Origin: Octopus vulgaris
Taxonomy: Eukaryota
NCBI GenBank assembly: GCA_951406725.2
Contig: OX597818.1
Location: 131,812,001-131,876,000, forward strand
Direction: 5' to 3'
Length of the DNA stretch: 64,000 bases
This document shows positions 43,401 to 57,109 of this stretch, piece after piece. Every line of letters begins with the position of its first letter. Positions within the stretch are counted from its first letter, which is position 1. The position numbers and the translations under genes are program-made. A model generated the notes under the pieces. That model did no database searches. It had not been told where the DNA came from and saw only the letters and a list, made by a program, of their open reading frames with translations.

Positions 43401-46400
43401 AATAGATGAATGGATAGATTCACTTTTGTCCGTTATTCAGAGCAGAAATTTTGCCAGGATCAACTTTGTTTTCTGTCTCTCCGTGCATTGATCATTGTAA
43501 CAATTTTACGAAATATTAAATGTAGGAGTTTGAAAGAATTGGTATAGAGCTGCACTAAGATTATGCAATAACTACTGAGGCCCTTTTATATTTTGAAATC
43601 CAATGCTTCTGAGGTTTGCTTTGCCTTCTGGAACTCCACCATCATTGAAAGGAGAACTACTTATTTACCACTGATATGTGTTTACTTTTTAATTCTAATA
43701 ATTAGTAAAATAGAGAAAGATAGACAGAATAAGGAAGAAAGCAATACAGAAAGAAAGTGTGTGTGTGTATATATGCACAAACATATTTTAAGTGTCACAG
43801 TGCAGGATATATAGAGACACTTGGAATTAAATATGCAAGTGTTCTAACATGCAAAATTAGATTAAATATTCTTTTAGTGAAAACATGAAAATAAGCTTTG
43901 AAAGTATTTTTTCGAAAGTTTGATATAAATATCAATAGTCAAGAGTATTTGTAATCCAATATACAAGCATTGTACATGAGTGATATCAGTATAGCCAAGA
44001 CCATTGTAAAACAATATATCACTAATGTATGTGAATGAATATTGGTATCAAAGTGGAATACTAAAGCAAAAGAAACACTGATAACAATCACAATCACAAG
44101 GAATGTTGGCAATATATGTGTGTGTGTATTAGAATATACATGCTCTAACTTGTAAATTTATGTACACAATTTATCTAATTTCAGACATCTTCTGTAAATT
44201 TCAATCACTTGCACTGTCAATACAAGAATTATAAACTATGAAACTCCTAATTCTTTTATTCAGCCATTAAATGTCAGATAGCATCCAAATAAGTGCTTTC
44301 ATCTCGTAACTTACATATATCAGTGAAACAGGATTTAATTTTATATCTATCAAATCCTATTCTCTATTTACATTAATATCAAGTTTTAATTCGGAAAGTC
44401 AAATTAAGGGGGGAAAAAAAAACAATGTGCCAGTTTAATTACTGAATGCAATTGATAAATGAAATGTAGATAGGTAGTTTGGGAGTTGCTTATCTGAATG
44501 AAATTTACACAATACATTTCATCATTTGTTTAAATTTACATTCTGGTTTCTTAATTTAATTAAAATTATCAAAACCTATGAGGATGATTTAGCTTGAATT
44601 TCTTAGAATTATGTGGAAAATTTAACTTGCTTCAAATAGAGTGTTAAGACAAATGGAATAGCTCAAACTATTTGTTTTGTTTTAGAAAAGATAATTTCAA
44701 TAGCCTATTCCTTTTAGTGTAAACTTGACCCATTTTTAATACATTTCCATGAAAATCAACCTGTTTTGAATTCTAAATGTATCAGTTCTCATCGCCCAGT
44801 ACCTATAAGCATAAATATCATGATACAAAATTTTGAACACTCCAGAATATGTTTCTTCGATAAAAATTTAAACAAATAAAAATCTAATTCATCTAGCATA
44901 AGGAACAATTTACAAAATATGCTGCTCATGCATTGCTGCAGCAGTGTGGGTAGTTCATGAGATCAGTATTTGAAATATTGCATGGTATCAGTTATATTTG
45001 AAGTACTGCATTCAGATAAAATTCATGCAAATAATAGGAAAGACAGAGTTACAAATATGATTTAAATTTTAACACTGGTTTAGTCATTTATTTTCAAAAA
45101 TTTACTTATAAAATAATCAGAATAAACAACATAGAAACCAGAAAAAATAGCAATAACAAACCCAATCAGTGTTATCGCCCAGCACACAAAGGTTCTTTCT
45201 ATTTTAAATTTTCATAGATTAGTAAAAGACTGGTTGAGAGTAGGTTAAGTAAGGAGTCTTGCACAAAATTAGCAACAGTTCAGGGTTAAAGTAGTTTCCT
45301 AGAAAGAAGTAATTTCAATGTTTGGTGTTAAAGATTAAGGTTCAGGTGTTCAGTACCTATTGTAAAAAGTTTTCTAGATTTTTATTTATATATATATTGT
45401 GAATACTTGTCTGTATATTGTCTGCTTTTTAAAAATTGTCATTAGAATGGAAATACAGAACTCTCCTCTATTATACAACTATGAAGATTCTTTTTTTTCT
45501 GTATGATAAATATAATCTTTAAGCTAATCCTTAAAAGTCTTTGGCAAAGCAATATGTACTTGAAAAGTATATATTGCAAATACCTACTTGCAAAGTTATT
45601 TATTGTGCATCATTTAGTCAGATGGTATTCTTATTGCAAATAACTTAAACATTACAGAGTAGTAAAATTTTTTTTCATTTAACCAATAAAATCAAGACAT
45701 CCTTGAACAGAACATAGTGGTTCAAGCAAAGTTTAAGCTGTCACTCAAAGATATTTTACTTCTGACATAACAAAATAGGAAAGCAAATGCATGATTCATT
45801 TTAAAATGGTTTTATAAAAATATTTCCAGTTAAATACATGAAATTTTAGAAATTACCACACAAGATTATGTTAGTAATAAAATATCCTTTCACATGTAAA
45901 ATTATTTTAAATAAATTAAAACAAATTCTCCTTTTTAAAATGTTTATAAATAATTTTTGAATTTTTAAAAATAATATTGTGGAATTTATATTGTATTCGC
46001 GTCAGGGACAGAGATTTCAAAATTCTTTGAAAATTTCATACATAGTCAAACTATAAATTATATTTTGATGCAAGATTCTGTTTTTGCTCGTCATTTTCTT
46101 TTTCTAGTTAAGAAATATCCAAATTTATAGAACCATTTAAATTATTCTACCTAAGAAATAAATTTACAAAAAGATAATAAATGTTAAAATTTTCTGGGAG
46201 TGATTAATGAAGGGTAAATAAATTGTCAGAAAAAGATTATTCATTGATAAAAGAAAACTGCCAGATAGAGAAAAAAAAATTATCTCATTCTATAAAATTA
46301 TACAGTACAACCAATTTTCTTACAGAACATAACCAACATTAAAATTCCACTGCATTGAAAGCAAGTATATCAAAAGTTTAAGGATTTTAAAATGGGCAGC

Positions 46401-48169
46401 TTTTTTGAGTGTTTTACATTAAAGATTTGTTTTTAATTGTTAACTTTGACCAACCAATAGAATATAGAGAAATATTCTTGCTGTTGAATAAAAAATATAT
46501 AAAGTGAATTCTATTCAACAAAACCAGATTCTTGAAATAAATTTATAGACAATCGGATGACCAAAGTAGAAATTATCAATGTGTCAATATCAGCAAGAGA
46601 TATTCAATACATGATTTTTTTTCTCTTTTAATAGGCAAGATGAACATCAGAAAATGTGTTAGTATCAACGTTGAGAGATAAAGTTTTGAGATAATTCTTT
46701 CAATAGCTAAGAACACAATAGAAACACTGGGTTGGATAACAGCCAAGCAGATCAAACGAAGGCAGCTTGTTGAGAAAATATTGTTGCCAGAATGTATCAA
46801 AAGCTTATGTGAAATGCAAGGGCTTTGATTTTACTATGATGCTACATATATATATTAAGTTATTGTTAGAACAAAAGAAGTAACATCAGTAACTGCAGAT
46901 GAGTGTCTTGATTACTCAGCGGAATAAAAATTACTTAATATTTCAATAATCTTGAAGATGTTATAGTAAAGTGTGATAAAAGTAGCTCTCATTTTTGCCA
47001 TTTAGAAACATTGGCATATTTCCATAAAAAGGAGAAAATTGAATAAAGCTTGGCAAGACATTTTAGTGATATAAAATTCAGGACAATACAACCTGAACAA
47101 GTTGCTTTTACATGGCTAATAAAATCATATATGTGTTGCGGCTGTGTTGTTAGAATAATCTTTCTATTCATCACTGTATCTACAAGGATGTATAGCAGAC
47201 TTCAATTAACACAGTTTCAAATGTTTTGTTATATTGCAATTTAATATATTTATAATCTTAATTTGACCTTCTCTATGCTAGCATACATAAGTTAACGCAA
47301 AAGTAATTTTTCTTCTTATTTTTTACATATTATATTCATGTTTCCCATATCATCATTTTACTTAACTTTGTATGGTATCCATTTACCTTTCTTGTCCAAA
47401 GTTATTCTTGGTAATTCAATACTTTATGCTTTACAATCATTCATTCTGTTTTCATGTGAATTTAATAATCATTGCTATCAAAATATTGCATATTCAGTTT
47501 CTCAAATTTCTGTCATTTAATTTGCATAACATATTTATACTAAGAATCCAAATCTTCAGAGTTCAATTGTTACAATTTACCAGTACTCATTAACATGTAT
47601 TCATCACATATACAATTAAGTTTCCTATAACTAACAAAAAATTATTTGTCATTAAAAAGTAGTAATCCTTAAACTTTTACTCATTCTTTACAATACTAGC
47701 ACTCTGCCATCACTAGAAATATGCTAAGTAATTTATTCTCTTTTGCTATTTTCAATTTCTAATAACAATTAGAAATGTTATTAAAATTTGCTTTACATCT
47801 TGTCAGCTGCAACAATAAAACATTAAGATGTGTCATGCCACCTAACACTTGCCTAAATGCTAAAATAGTTCCATATTTTTTTAGGTATTTGAATAATTCT
47901 CATCAATGTGTTTCCAAGATGTTTTTCCTGTTAGTTTAAAGACTCTTCAACTTGTATGTTAAGGAATAGGAATATAAAAGAGGTTATTACATATATAACA
48001 AAATGTCCTTCAGCAAATGTGTCTGATCATTCACACTCAAAGCTAGGTTTTGATTTGGTAAACATTCATTTATTGTTTTATTCGATTGAGGTTCTGACTT
48101 TCAATCTATTATGAATGACAGCTCTCGATTGAAACCATGAGAATCTAGAAACATAGAGCTGTATAAAAC

Positions 48170-48345
48170 TTCAAATTTTATGAGAAAGTATACGCAATAA
48201 AATTGACCCAGCAATTAACTAAATCTTTATCAACACAGGAAAAATGACGGATCAACTTTGATGAGATTTGAACTCTGAAAATACGAAGGCATAAGTGAAT
48301 CCATATGGTGTTTTGCCTGCTGCTCTAATGATTCTGTCAATCCAT
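48170..48345 (-). mobile_element. Highly degenerate SINE, family B-related
   Basis: agatttgaactc...gctctaatgattctgtcaatc is the decayed reverse complement of the family B head. Confidence 0.5.
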
Positions 48346-49513
48346 GCCCTCAGATAAATATCTAAGGGAGGAGGATTGAATTATAATATTTTAACTGTTT
48401 TATTCCCTCCTCAGAAGGAGGAAAACATCAAATATTATAATCCAATAGGAAAATTCAACACATGATATTATCTATCATATTATTGGAGTATATTATGACC
48501 AAGAAACTATAATACAAACATCAAATTATATTTATTTATTCATATCCTGCAATTATTTTTGTGCTTCATAGCATATAAAGTTTGAAAACCTTGTTGTCAA
48601 GCATATCTAAAAACTGAAAATGTTTAATACTTACACAAATATTTTATATTGAATGTTCTTGCATTTTTTTCATTTTCACACTGAACATCTTTACAGAGTT
48701 CAGTGTAGTGTGAAGATGAATAAATTCTTTAATCGAGAAATAAATGCAAAAGCTAATGACCCTTAAGGGGTTATGATGATACAGTGATGCTTGCAAATAA
48801 ATTTAAACAATATAAAATAACCATAATAAATAATTACAAGTTTCTCAACAAGCAAACAGAAAAACAGCTAAGTTCATAAAATTACATATTTCAGTAAGCA
48901 TTAAAGATTTTTTTTTTATTCTTAAGGCAGCAATGTGACTGCAATAAATAGCTCAAAATGTCAAGAAAAATGAAGGAGAATCAAATAAAAAGAACCTTTA
49001 CTTGATAAATATATATCAATTTATTGAACGTTTACAGTATAAAACAATTTTTTTTATCATATTAACAAACTTCTGCCCAAGTTGTTTAGAAATTTAAACT
49101 TTATTTCCTTCATTTCTTATTGCAGCTTTGTAGTCACATTTTCTCCAAGATTCAAGGAAATCGAGTAAGAAAGTAAAACCATTTTACACTTTTTTTATTA
49201 GAATTTTCCAATAACTGAATTAGCCTATAACTTGTAGCACCACTTCCAGAGTGAAGAAAAAGCAATGGATTAGATTAGTTTAACAGCATTATCATTAAAC
49301 AAATACATAGTGTGTTTGCTAATGTATTAGTTATAAAATGTTTTAGAGTAGGAGTGCATAGTATCTGGTAATATATCTTTATGTAAGGTAACTGAAGATT
49401 CAGATGCATATATAAGCTTCCCATGATTCATCTGATACTAAGATAATGATCATAGTTTGTATCTTGGAAATTGTGAAAAACCAAACAATGGACAAACACT
49501 TTTTACATGTTAC

Positions 49514-49795
49514 TCTCTCTATTCGCTCAGTCGAAGTCGACTCTCGGTCACTCGTTGGATCAGTGTCCTCCAGTCAGTTCTATCCTGGGCCGCTTCCTTC
49601 AGACTGGCCATGTCCATTCCGGTATCATTCCTGATGGTGTCAAGCCAGTGGGTGCTTGGTGATCCCAGCATCTAGTGACATTTTCGGCCTTATCTGCTTA
49701 AGAACTTCTCCATTGGTGAGCCTCGCTGTCCATGGAATCCGCAAAAGTCTTCTCCAACACCAAAGCTCAAATGCATTAATTCTCTTCTGGTCATG
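49514..49795 (-). mobile_element. 5'-truncated RTE-BovB-like LINE with 11-bp TSD
   Basis: The minus strand encodes RINAFELWCWRRLLRIPWTARLTNGEVL...WLDTIRNDTGMDMASLKEAAQDRTDWRTLIQRVTESRLRLSE*. TTACATGTTAC occurs at 49503-49513 and 49796-49806. An internal deletion removes the expected GH...RGRP segment. Confidence 0.93.
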
Positions 49796-50061
49796 TTACA
49801 TGTTACACCAACGTTGATTTGCCTTCGCATTATATCAGATATTTGAAAAATATCTGATATAATGCCCATTTACTATACTTGACGGTATCTGTGCCTGTGT
49901 GTGTGTGTGTGGAGATATGAGTATGCATGTTTGTACACAGAGTTCAGAGACATGGAGAAATAACAACAGCAGATAAAAAATATAGAAACACAGTGTGACA
50001 GCATAAATAGTAGAGAATTTCAGTTAATATGAGTTTTCTTATTAAGAAAATAGATATTTAA

Positions 50062-50281
50062 CCCTTTCGTTACCAACCCGGCTGAAACCGGCTCTGGCTC
50101 TGAGTACAAATGTCTTGTTTCCATAAGTTTTGAATTAAAATCTTCCACCAAACCTTACTTGCAATTTATGTTCTTAACAGTAGTTGAATGATAACTAAAT
50201 TATTTTACTAAATTCTTTGTTATATTTAAAGTAATTGAAAGAAAAACAGAGCATCTCAAAATAAATACAGTAACGAAAGGG
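50062..50281 (+). mobile_element. Intact 220-bp piggyBac-like MITE
   Basis: TTAA|CCCTTTCGTTAC ... GTAACGAAAGGG|TTAA: perfect 12-bp TIRs and TTAA TSD. Confidence 0.95.
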
Positions 50282-50799
50282 TTAAGAGTGATTATTAACC
50301 AAAGCAATATTAGACAAAAGTTATAGACCATCCTTCAAATAAATAAGGACAATAAATGTATAGCTGCATTAAAAAGTTTGATTTTTTTTCTTTTTTAATT
50401 TGTAAATCTTTCATAAAGTAACCATGATAACGATGAAGGAATTTTTTATGTGTATGGGGGTTGAGGAGGAATGAAAAGAAACATGTTGCATAACTAATTT
50501 TTATGTGAGTAAATAACACTAAGCTTATTTGTTTGTTTCATTTGTTTCAAGAGATTGGTATTTTTCTTAGAGATCTGAATTTTTTTTTCCATTTGTTAGA
50601 TAACAAATGAGAATATAAATAAGATGAGAGTTTTTAATGACAATGCCAATACAGAAAGCAATATAGACATGATCTATATTTTTACTCATACCAATAATCT
50701 ATATAATTAATTATTTTATCTATAAGCTGTAACTCTTTGAATTCATGAAGGTTGTATTTTAGCTTTTCTGCAGATAGATAGTTTAGGGCATATGTCACA

Positions 50800-51191
50800 T
50801 TTACTCTTTTACTTGTTTCAGTCATTTGACTGCGGCCATGCTGGAGCAACGCCTTAAATCGAGCAACTCGACCCCGGGATTTATTCTTTTGTAAGCCCAG
50901 TACTTATTCTATCGGTCTCTTTTGCCGAACCGCTAAGTAACGGGGACATAAACACACCAGCATCGGTTGTCAAGCAATGCTAGGGGGACAAACACAGACA
51001 CACAAACATGCATATATATACATATATACGACGAGCTTCTTTCAGTTTCCGTCTACCAAATCCACTCACAAGGCTTTGGTCGGCCCGAGGCTGTAGTAGA
51101 AAACACTTGCCCAAGGTGCCACGCAGTGGGACTGAACCCAGAACCATGTGGTTGGTAAGCAAGCTACTTACCACACAGCCACTCCTGCGCC
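50800..51191 (-). mobile_element. Full-length SINE family A (sense to FUZ)
   Basis: Reverse complement of the family A sequence, ending cagccactcctgcgcc. Confidence 0.95.
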
Positions 51192-52329
51192 CTGGTCTGA
51201 ATAATATTCCTAAAGTATATACTTAGGAAAAATATACAATGAAAATTCTCTCACTACACTGAGGTAAAAAAAAAAGTGTAAATTCCATTTCATAACATTT
51301 AGAAATGTATTCTATAAAAGCAGTTCTATGCTTTTGTGTGAATTTGATTATTACCAGCATAGAGGTACAAATGTGAAATGTTTAGAAAACACAAATACAT
51401 GTAAGTTCACATGGTTGGGTACACACACACTTGAATAGTATATAGTAAAATGCTGTAACAGGCATGGCAATTTGAAAAATATACGAAAAATACATGCTAA
51501 AAGAAAAGTTAATTTTCATAAAGCAAAATTTTAGATATTTAAAAAGATTCACAAATTTTTGAATATATCTAAAATTAATTTCTCAGAGTTAATCATTAAT
51601 AAGTGTGACTTGTTAGCAACTATGAAATTTTCAGAAGAAATGATTAAATGTATATTTCAAAATGACTTGAAATTAAGAGCAGGTGAGATATAAAACATTA
51701 GCTGAGAAACAACAGAAAATTGTACTTTTAAAAACCATCTGTTCAAATATTTGTTGTTGTGTAGGCATAAGAGTTTTCAAATTCTTTCATATGAATACAA
51801 AAGTCTACTCTATTTTATTAGGATAACATCACTGCTAATTAATAAATAAAAATTAATAGAAATTTATTTTTAACAGGTAAGCATCTTTTAAGAAATATGA
51901 ATATATCATTAATTCATAAAAGAGCCAACTTCACACTAAATTAAATCCTCAAGTAATGTATAATATAGACTCATAACCATTTGAAACTGTTCCATTTAAT
52001 TATGAATGAATTATAATTTGAATCAATTATGACAGATAACACACAATATAGTCTTGCAGAAAACCTATGTTTTTATTTCAAGAAAGATAATTGAACTTTT
52101 GTTTGTGAATATGCTTGAGTATCCATTTATCTAAATCTGTTTTGAGATGCATTCAAACTTCTTTTGTGATAAAAATATATGAAACTGAAAACAAAGTAAT
52201 AGTTAATGAATTAGTGTGAGAAAAAATTTGTCTATATCTATTTTCTCAACAATATTTTAACTATTTGATGAATGTAAAAATGTTGTGCATACCTGAAAGT
52301 GTTAAGGAAACTCCTATGGATAATTATAT

Positions 52330-52553
52330 ATTTCTTTACTACCCACAAGGGGCTAAACATAGAGGGGACAAACAAGGACAAACAAACGGATTAAGTCGAT
52401 TACATCGACCCCAGTGCGTAACTGGTACTTGATTTATCAACCCCAAAAGGATGAAAGGCAAAGTCGACCTCGGCGGAATTTGAACTTAGAACGTAACGGC
52501 AGACGAAATACGGCTATGCATTTCACCCAGCATGCTAACGTTTCTGCCAGCTC
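52330..52553 (-). mobile_element. SINE family B (sense to FUZ)
   Basis: Reverse complement of 57709-57939 at high identity. Confidence 0.93.
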
Positions 52554-53750
52554 AGAAACTAGTTACAACAAGTCCCAGAGGAATTTACATAATATATTTC
52601 TAATATATTGGTTTTCTTATTGACAACTGAATTAATCCAGTGAATTGAAGGTGTTTTATTTTTTAAAATAACTTACAGAAGAAAGGGGAAAGAATATAGA
52701 TATAATGTTGTTCAGAAAAGATAAGTAGATAATTAGACACTATCTAGCCCACATGAAATGGTTTGCACCCAACTGACTGCTAACCCAATGAATTAATGAT
52801 AATCAGTAAATTTCTAATATAAGAATGAGAAGAAAAATCAAATCTGGTTAAATTTGAACTCAAATCTGGATGCTTGTCCTCACTATTTCCAAAGTGGTAA
52901 TCAATAATCCAAACATGAAAAATTTTCAAAAAGAATTCATTTTAGCTATTAAATAAACTAGTGATTTTAGTTAGTACTACTTGATAATTATATATATAAA
53001 CACTTTCATTATTTCAAAGTGCAAAGAGGGAACAAATATTTTTTGATTAAACAAATATCCTCTAAGAGATATTTTCATTAAAACATTGCATAATGATGAC
53101 TTATACATACTTAATTTACAATCAAATTTTACTTTCATTTAAGAGGTATTTATCGAAACAAACTCCAAACAAAAGTTCAAGGTTTAAAATGGTGGCATGA
53201 GTATGATATTCAATGCTCTAAAGTTTCCTCGTTTTCAAGATAAAAGACAATCAAAATAACACATATGGACCTATATTTATAACTATACACTATGCTAAAA
53301 TATTGGTAAATGTACACTACGCTAAGAAAGTTATTTAAAATTTTGATAAATATATTACAGTGTCATTTTTTCATTCATATGAAACAAAATTTGAAAGCAT
53401 ATCATGTTAGTTTACCAAAACTATGACAAATATTTTCACTTTTACAAAATGCTATTTTAGAACAGTATGGTTGGTTAGTACAATAAATTGCTAGATTCTC
53501 CAGAATCCTTTACAAATGATTTGATGAATATTAATTACGCTTTAGTTGAATTAGCTCTTCATTGTTCAATTACTGATAAAACTATGTGTAAATATAATAT
53601 AGGAATAAATGATTCAATAGGAAAAATACTCATGCATTGAATCTTCTTGCCATAAGTAATTGACTAAATCCTTGAATGATTAGAGCTATGGTGCTGATGA
53701 ATTTAAAATATATACATGAATATATGGTACTTAAAGAATATAAGTTATTT

Positions 53751-53827
53751 TAGGCTTTTCTATGAGATAGGCTTTTCTATGTTCTAAATGTTTCTATGAG
53801 ATAGGCTTTTCTATGTTCTAAATGTTT
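53751..53827 (+). repeat. 34-bp tandem duplication with nested shorter repeat
   Basis: tttctatgagataggcttttctatgttctaaatg at 53757 and 53791. Confidence 0.9.
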
Positions 53828-55241
53828 TTTAATAATATTTGCATATTGAAACTATGAGGCTGAGAGTTGCATTTTATATTACATCTCTTAATGTCAAGTG
53901 TATTGTTTGTCAATCATTTTTATTCAGAGCATTAATTAAACTTTAAACAAAAGTTGTACTGTGCTTTCATTTTAAAATGTATTCTATGAAAGTTCAACTT
54001 AAATTTTGAGATTCAGATGCTTAGTAAATTATCAATCATGTTACTGTTATAAACCTTCACAATGAAAACATTGAAAGAATAGAGACTTTCATAGCTCTTT
54101 TGAAGATTTAACAAAATCTGTGAATATAGACTATCCCACTGTCTACTAATCATTGCTGTTGTATAGGATAAATAACTTTCACCTTCCAATTAAAATGTTC
54201 ATTCTTAAAATTCATATTCAATTGCCAGACATGGACTTAATACAAATTCCTTAAGTAACAGTAAATAAAATCAATTGCAAGTAATAACATTCCTTTTTAC
54301 AAATTGTATTAATAAGAAAAAACTGAGTTCATTTCATGTTAATTATCTTAGAAATTTAAGAATACATTTTTATTTTGTTCATTGTTAAAATTTGCATATA
54401 TAATTTTCTCAGTACATTAATGGCTAAAATATTCCAATACATTCTTTTAAAGAGATAAGCATTCTATACTTTCTACCATATTTATTGTATATTAAATCCT
54501 AATTTTCTATAATATTAATTCATAAATGCAAAGAATTTTTAGATAATTCAAAAACACATGTTCACAGTAAAAAATGTAACTAATCTGAATATTTTAAATG
54601 TACACTTTGTTTATATATTTTGTTTTTTGGCTAAGCATGTACATCAATATAAACAAGGATTAACAACTGGTAGCAATTAATCAATGCAAATTGATATTTC
54701 TAAATCTTTAATTTTAACATTTAATCATTACTAATGGCATATCAAAGACAGAAACGCATTTAGTCCAACTAATATTTACAATGAAAGAAATTAAACATGA
54801 AAACAAACAAATATTCCCAATTTTTAATCATCAAACCTGAACAATTTTAGTTTCAAATTTATTTGCTCCTTGATTCCTCTTAGATTTCTAATTCATTACA
54901 ATTTTCACCAATTCTTTTACAAAGTGATTAATCTGGTTTTCTATCAAATAATCTATGTCCGTAAATGAAAATATTTCTGATATGTTCTAGTTATGAGTAC
55001 TATATTGAAACCCTTCATAAATTCAATAGAGTGATTCAAATCATTAATTTATAAACCGCATGTTACCTAAGATCACAATTAGCACATGTAAAAAAACATT
55101 CCAGAATACTTTAAAAAAACAACAGCCCAAGTGAAAAGACAATTGAAACAAAACAATCAATTGAAAAAGTAAATTAGAATAACCAACTGAACAGGTGAAT
55201 GAATGTATAAGGCAAACAAAATAAATTGAACAGGTACTTAC

Positions 55242-55363
55242 CTGTTTTGAAATACTTTCCAAAACACTTTAGAATTTTCTGTAGTAGTTGACTGCAGTTC
55301 CATATCTCTTGATGCAGCAAACATTTGAACACCATTTAAAGTACCAATGAGTGGAAAAGGAAG
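55242..55363 (-). CDS. FUZ: Internal coding exon of Fuzzy (FUZ; CPLANE / planar cell polarity effector), first longin domain, equivalent to vertebrate coding exon 2
   Basis: The minus strand reads ttttttttag|CTTCCTTTTCCA...TTTCAAAACAG|gtaagtac: canonical acceptor and consensus donor, 122 bp, phase 0 to phase 2. It translates to LPFPLIGTLNGVQMFAASRDMELQSTTTENSKVFWKVFQN(S/R). This aligns without gaps to human FUZ as I recall it (LPFSVIGSLNGVHMFGQNLEVQLSSARTENTTVVWKSFHDS), and my recollection is that the human exon is also 122 bp. Confidence 0.92.
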
Positions 55364-57109
55364 CTAAAAAAAATCAAACAAATTTACTTAAAAAAATGTT
55401 AAATAATACCCAATATATAATACACAAATAAGTATGCATTCACATGCATATATTCATGCATACACACTTTTGCATATTAATTGAAAGCTAAGTATATTCA
55501 CTTAGGTAAATGTGCAAGGTCAGTATTAAGATATTAATGCAATTAAAATGTTTGAAACAGGAAGTTCCTCAATAAACTTACACAATACATCTCACTTATT
55601 AGGTACATCTAGATTGATCTTCCTGTTTGATAAAGAGCGCAATTATAACATTGCCCTCAGAGGCATTAAGAGAGCTTTTGATCATCTCAATTATCTCACA
55701 ACAATCAATTTAAAAGGCCAATAAAATATCTATATGTGTGCATATTAGTGTATGCGTAAGAGTGTATGAATATATGTATATATATATACATATGTATATA
55801 CACAAACACACACACATATATATATGTAATATACACACACGTGTATATATCACACACACCATATATATATCTATATTTTTATATAAAAGTTTGTTTAAAA
55901 TGTGTAAATAAGCTAAAAGTAAGCTAATTTTTTAAGTCATTATTTAAATCAACTTCACTTTCAGGTCTATATTAAATACATACATAAAATAGGCTTAAAA
56001 AAATTATAGGGAAATAAAATCAACATGAAAGTGAATATATGAACAATTACAAATATACATATTTAAAAGAATCTTAATATGGAAAACCAAACATTGCTTT
56101 AGGGTGCTGAGTAATGAAGCTTATCAAGATGAGCTCCAGCCATTTAATTTCTGAATCACTGACTTAAAACAGGGGAACTAAATGCAACATTTTATAATGT
56201 TCTCTTATTTAATTAAAAGAAGTTTCCCTTTCTTTATCTAAAAATCATTCTTTTAAGTTTTACTACAATATTAAATTTAAAATTTATACATAACCTGTAC
56301 TTCTTTTAATACCTAAACTTTACAATAAATATTCTCCAAGGTAAAAAGGAAAATTCTAATTTTAATTAGCATTTAAATACACTAGAGAATGAATTAAAAG
56401 AAAATAAAACCATTCTAAAGAGAAAAAAAGCAATATTTTTCAAGATTTTTGATTGTCAAAAATTTTAAGTTCTTTGAATTATAGTCATAAATTCTTAATA
56501 TGCAATAAAATTAATTTCCTTTTCTTCAGAAAAAGTTTTGACTCATATGTGCCTAAGTAGAAGTAATCTTTAGAGTTCACTTTTGCGTTGATGAAATATT
56601 TCAACTAAAACTTAAAATTACTAACTTAGAAAGAAATAGAAAAATTTGAATTATCATGTAATACCATTTTTTATATTTACATAAATATGTTTTCAATTCA
56701 AACTTTGGCTATTGATACTATTTTGTTATAAGTTTTAAAAGTGAACCAGAAAAATTCATACACATATATTTATACATGTACATACACAGATACATACAAA
56801 TACATAGACATATACACATGCATATACACATTCACATTTATTCATATTTAGTTATACTTGTTCATTAAATTCAATGTTAACAGTCTTACTCAATTATGGA
56901 TTCTTTGATGATTGCACTTCTTAAAGACTAGTAGCAACAAGGATGGAACCATCTTGGTGACAACAGCATTACAACAGCCAATGCCAAAGCTACTCCTGTC
57001 ATGTGCCTTCACAAGCTATGGAAGTAATGGTATTTCATCAGCAGAGAATATATGATGCCTTTATGGCTGCAAAAGCAGTTACCACCTATAACGTTTAAAA
57101 TCTTGATCT

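Noticed and set aside
48669-48720. Short hairpin resembling a pre-miRNA
   Set aside because: The stem is interrupted by a 5-nt bulge and is AT-rich; not distinguishable from chance without small-RNA data.
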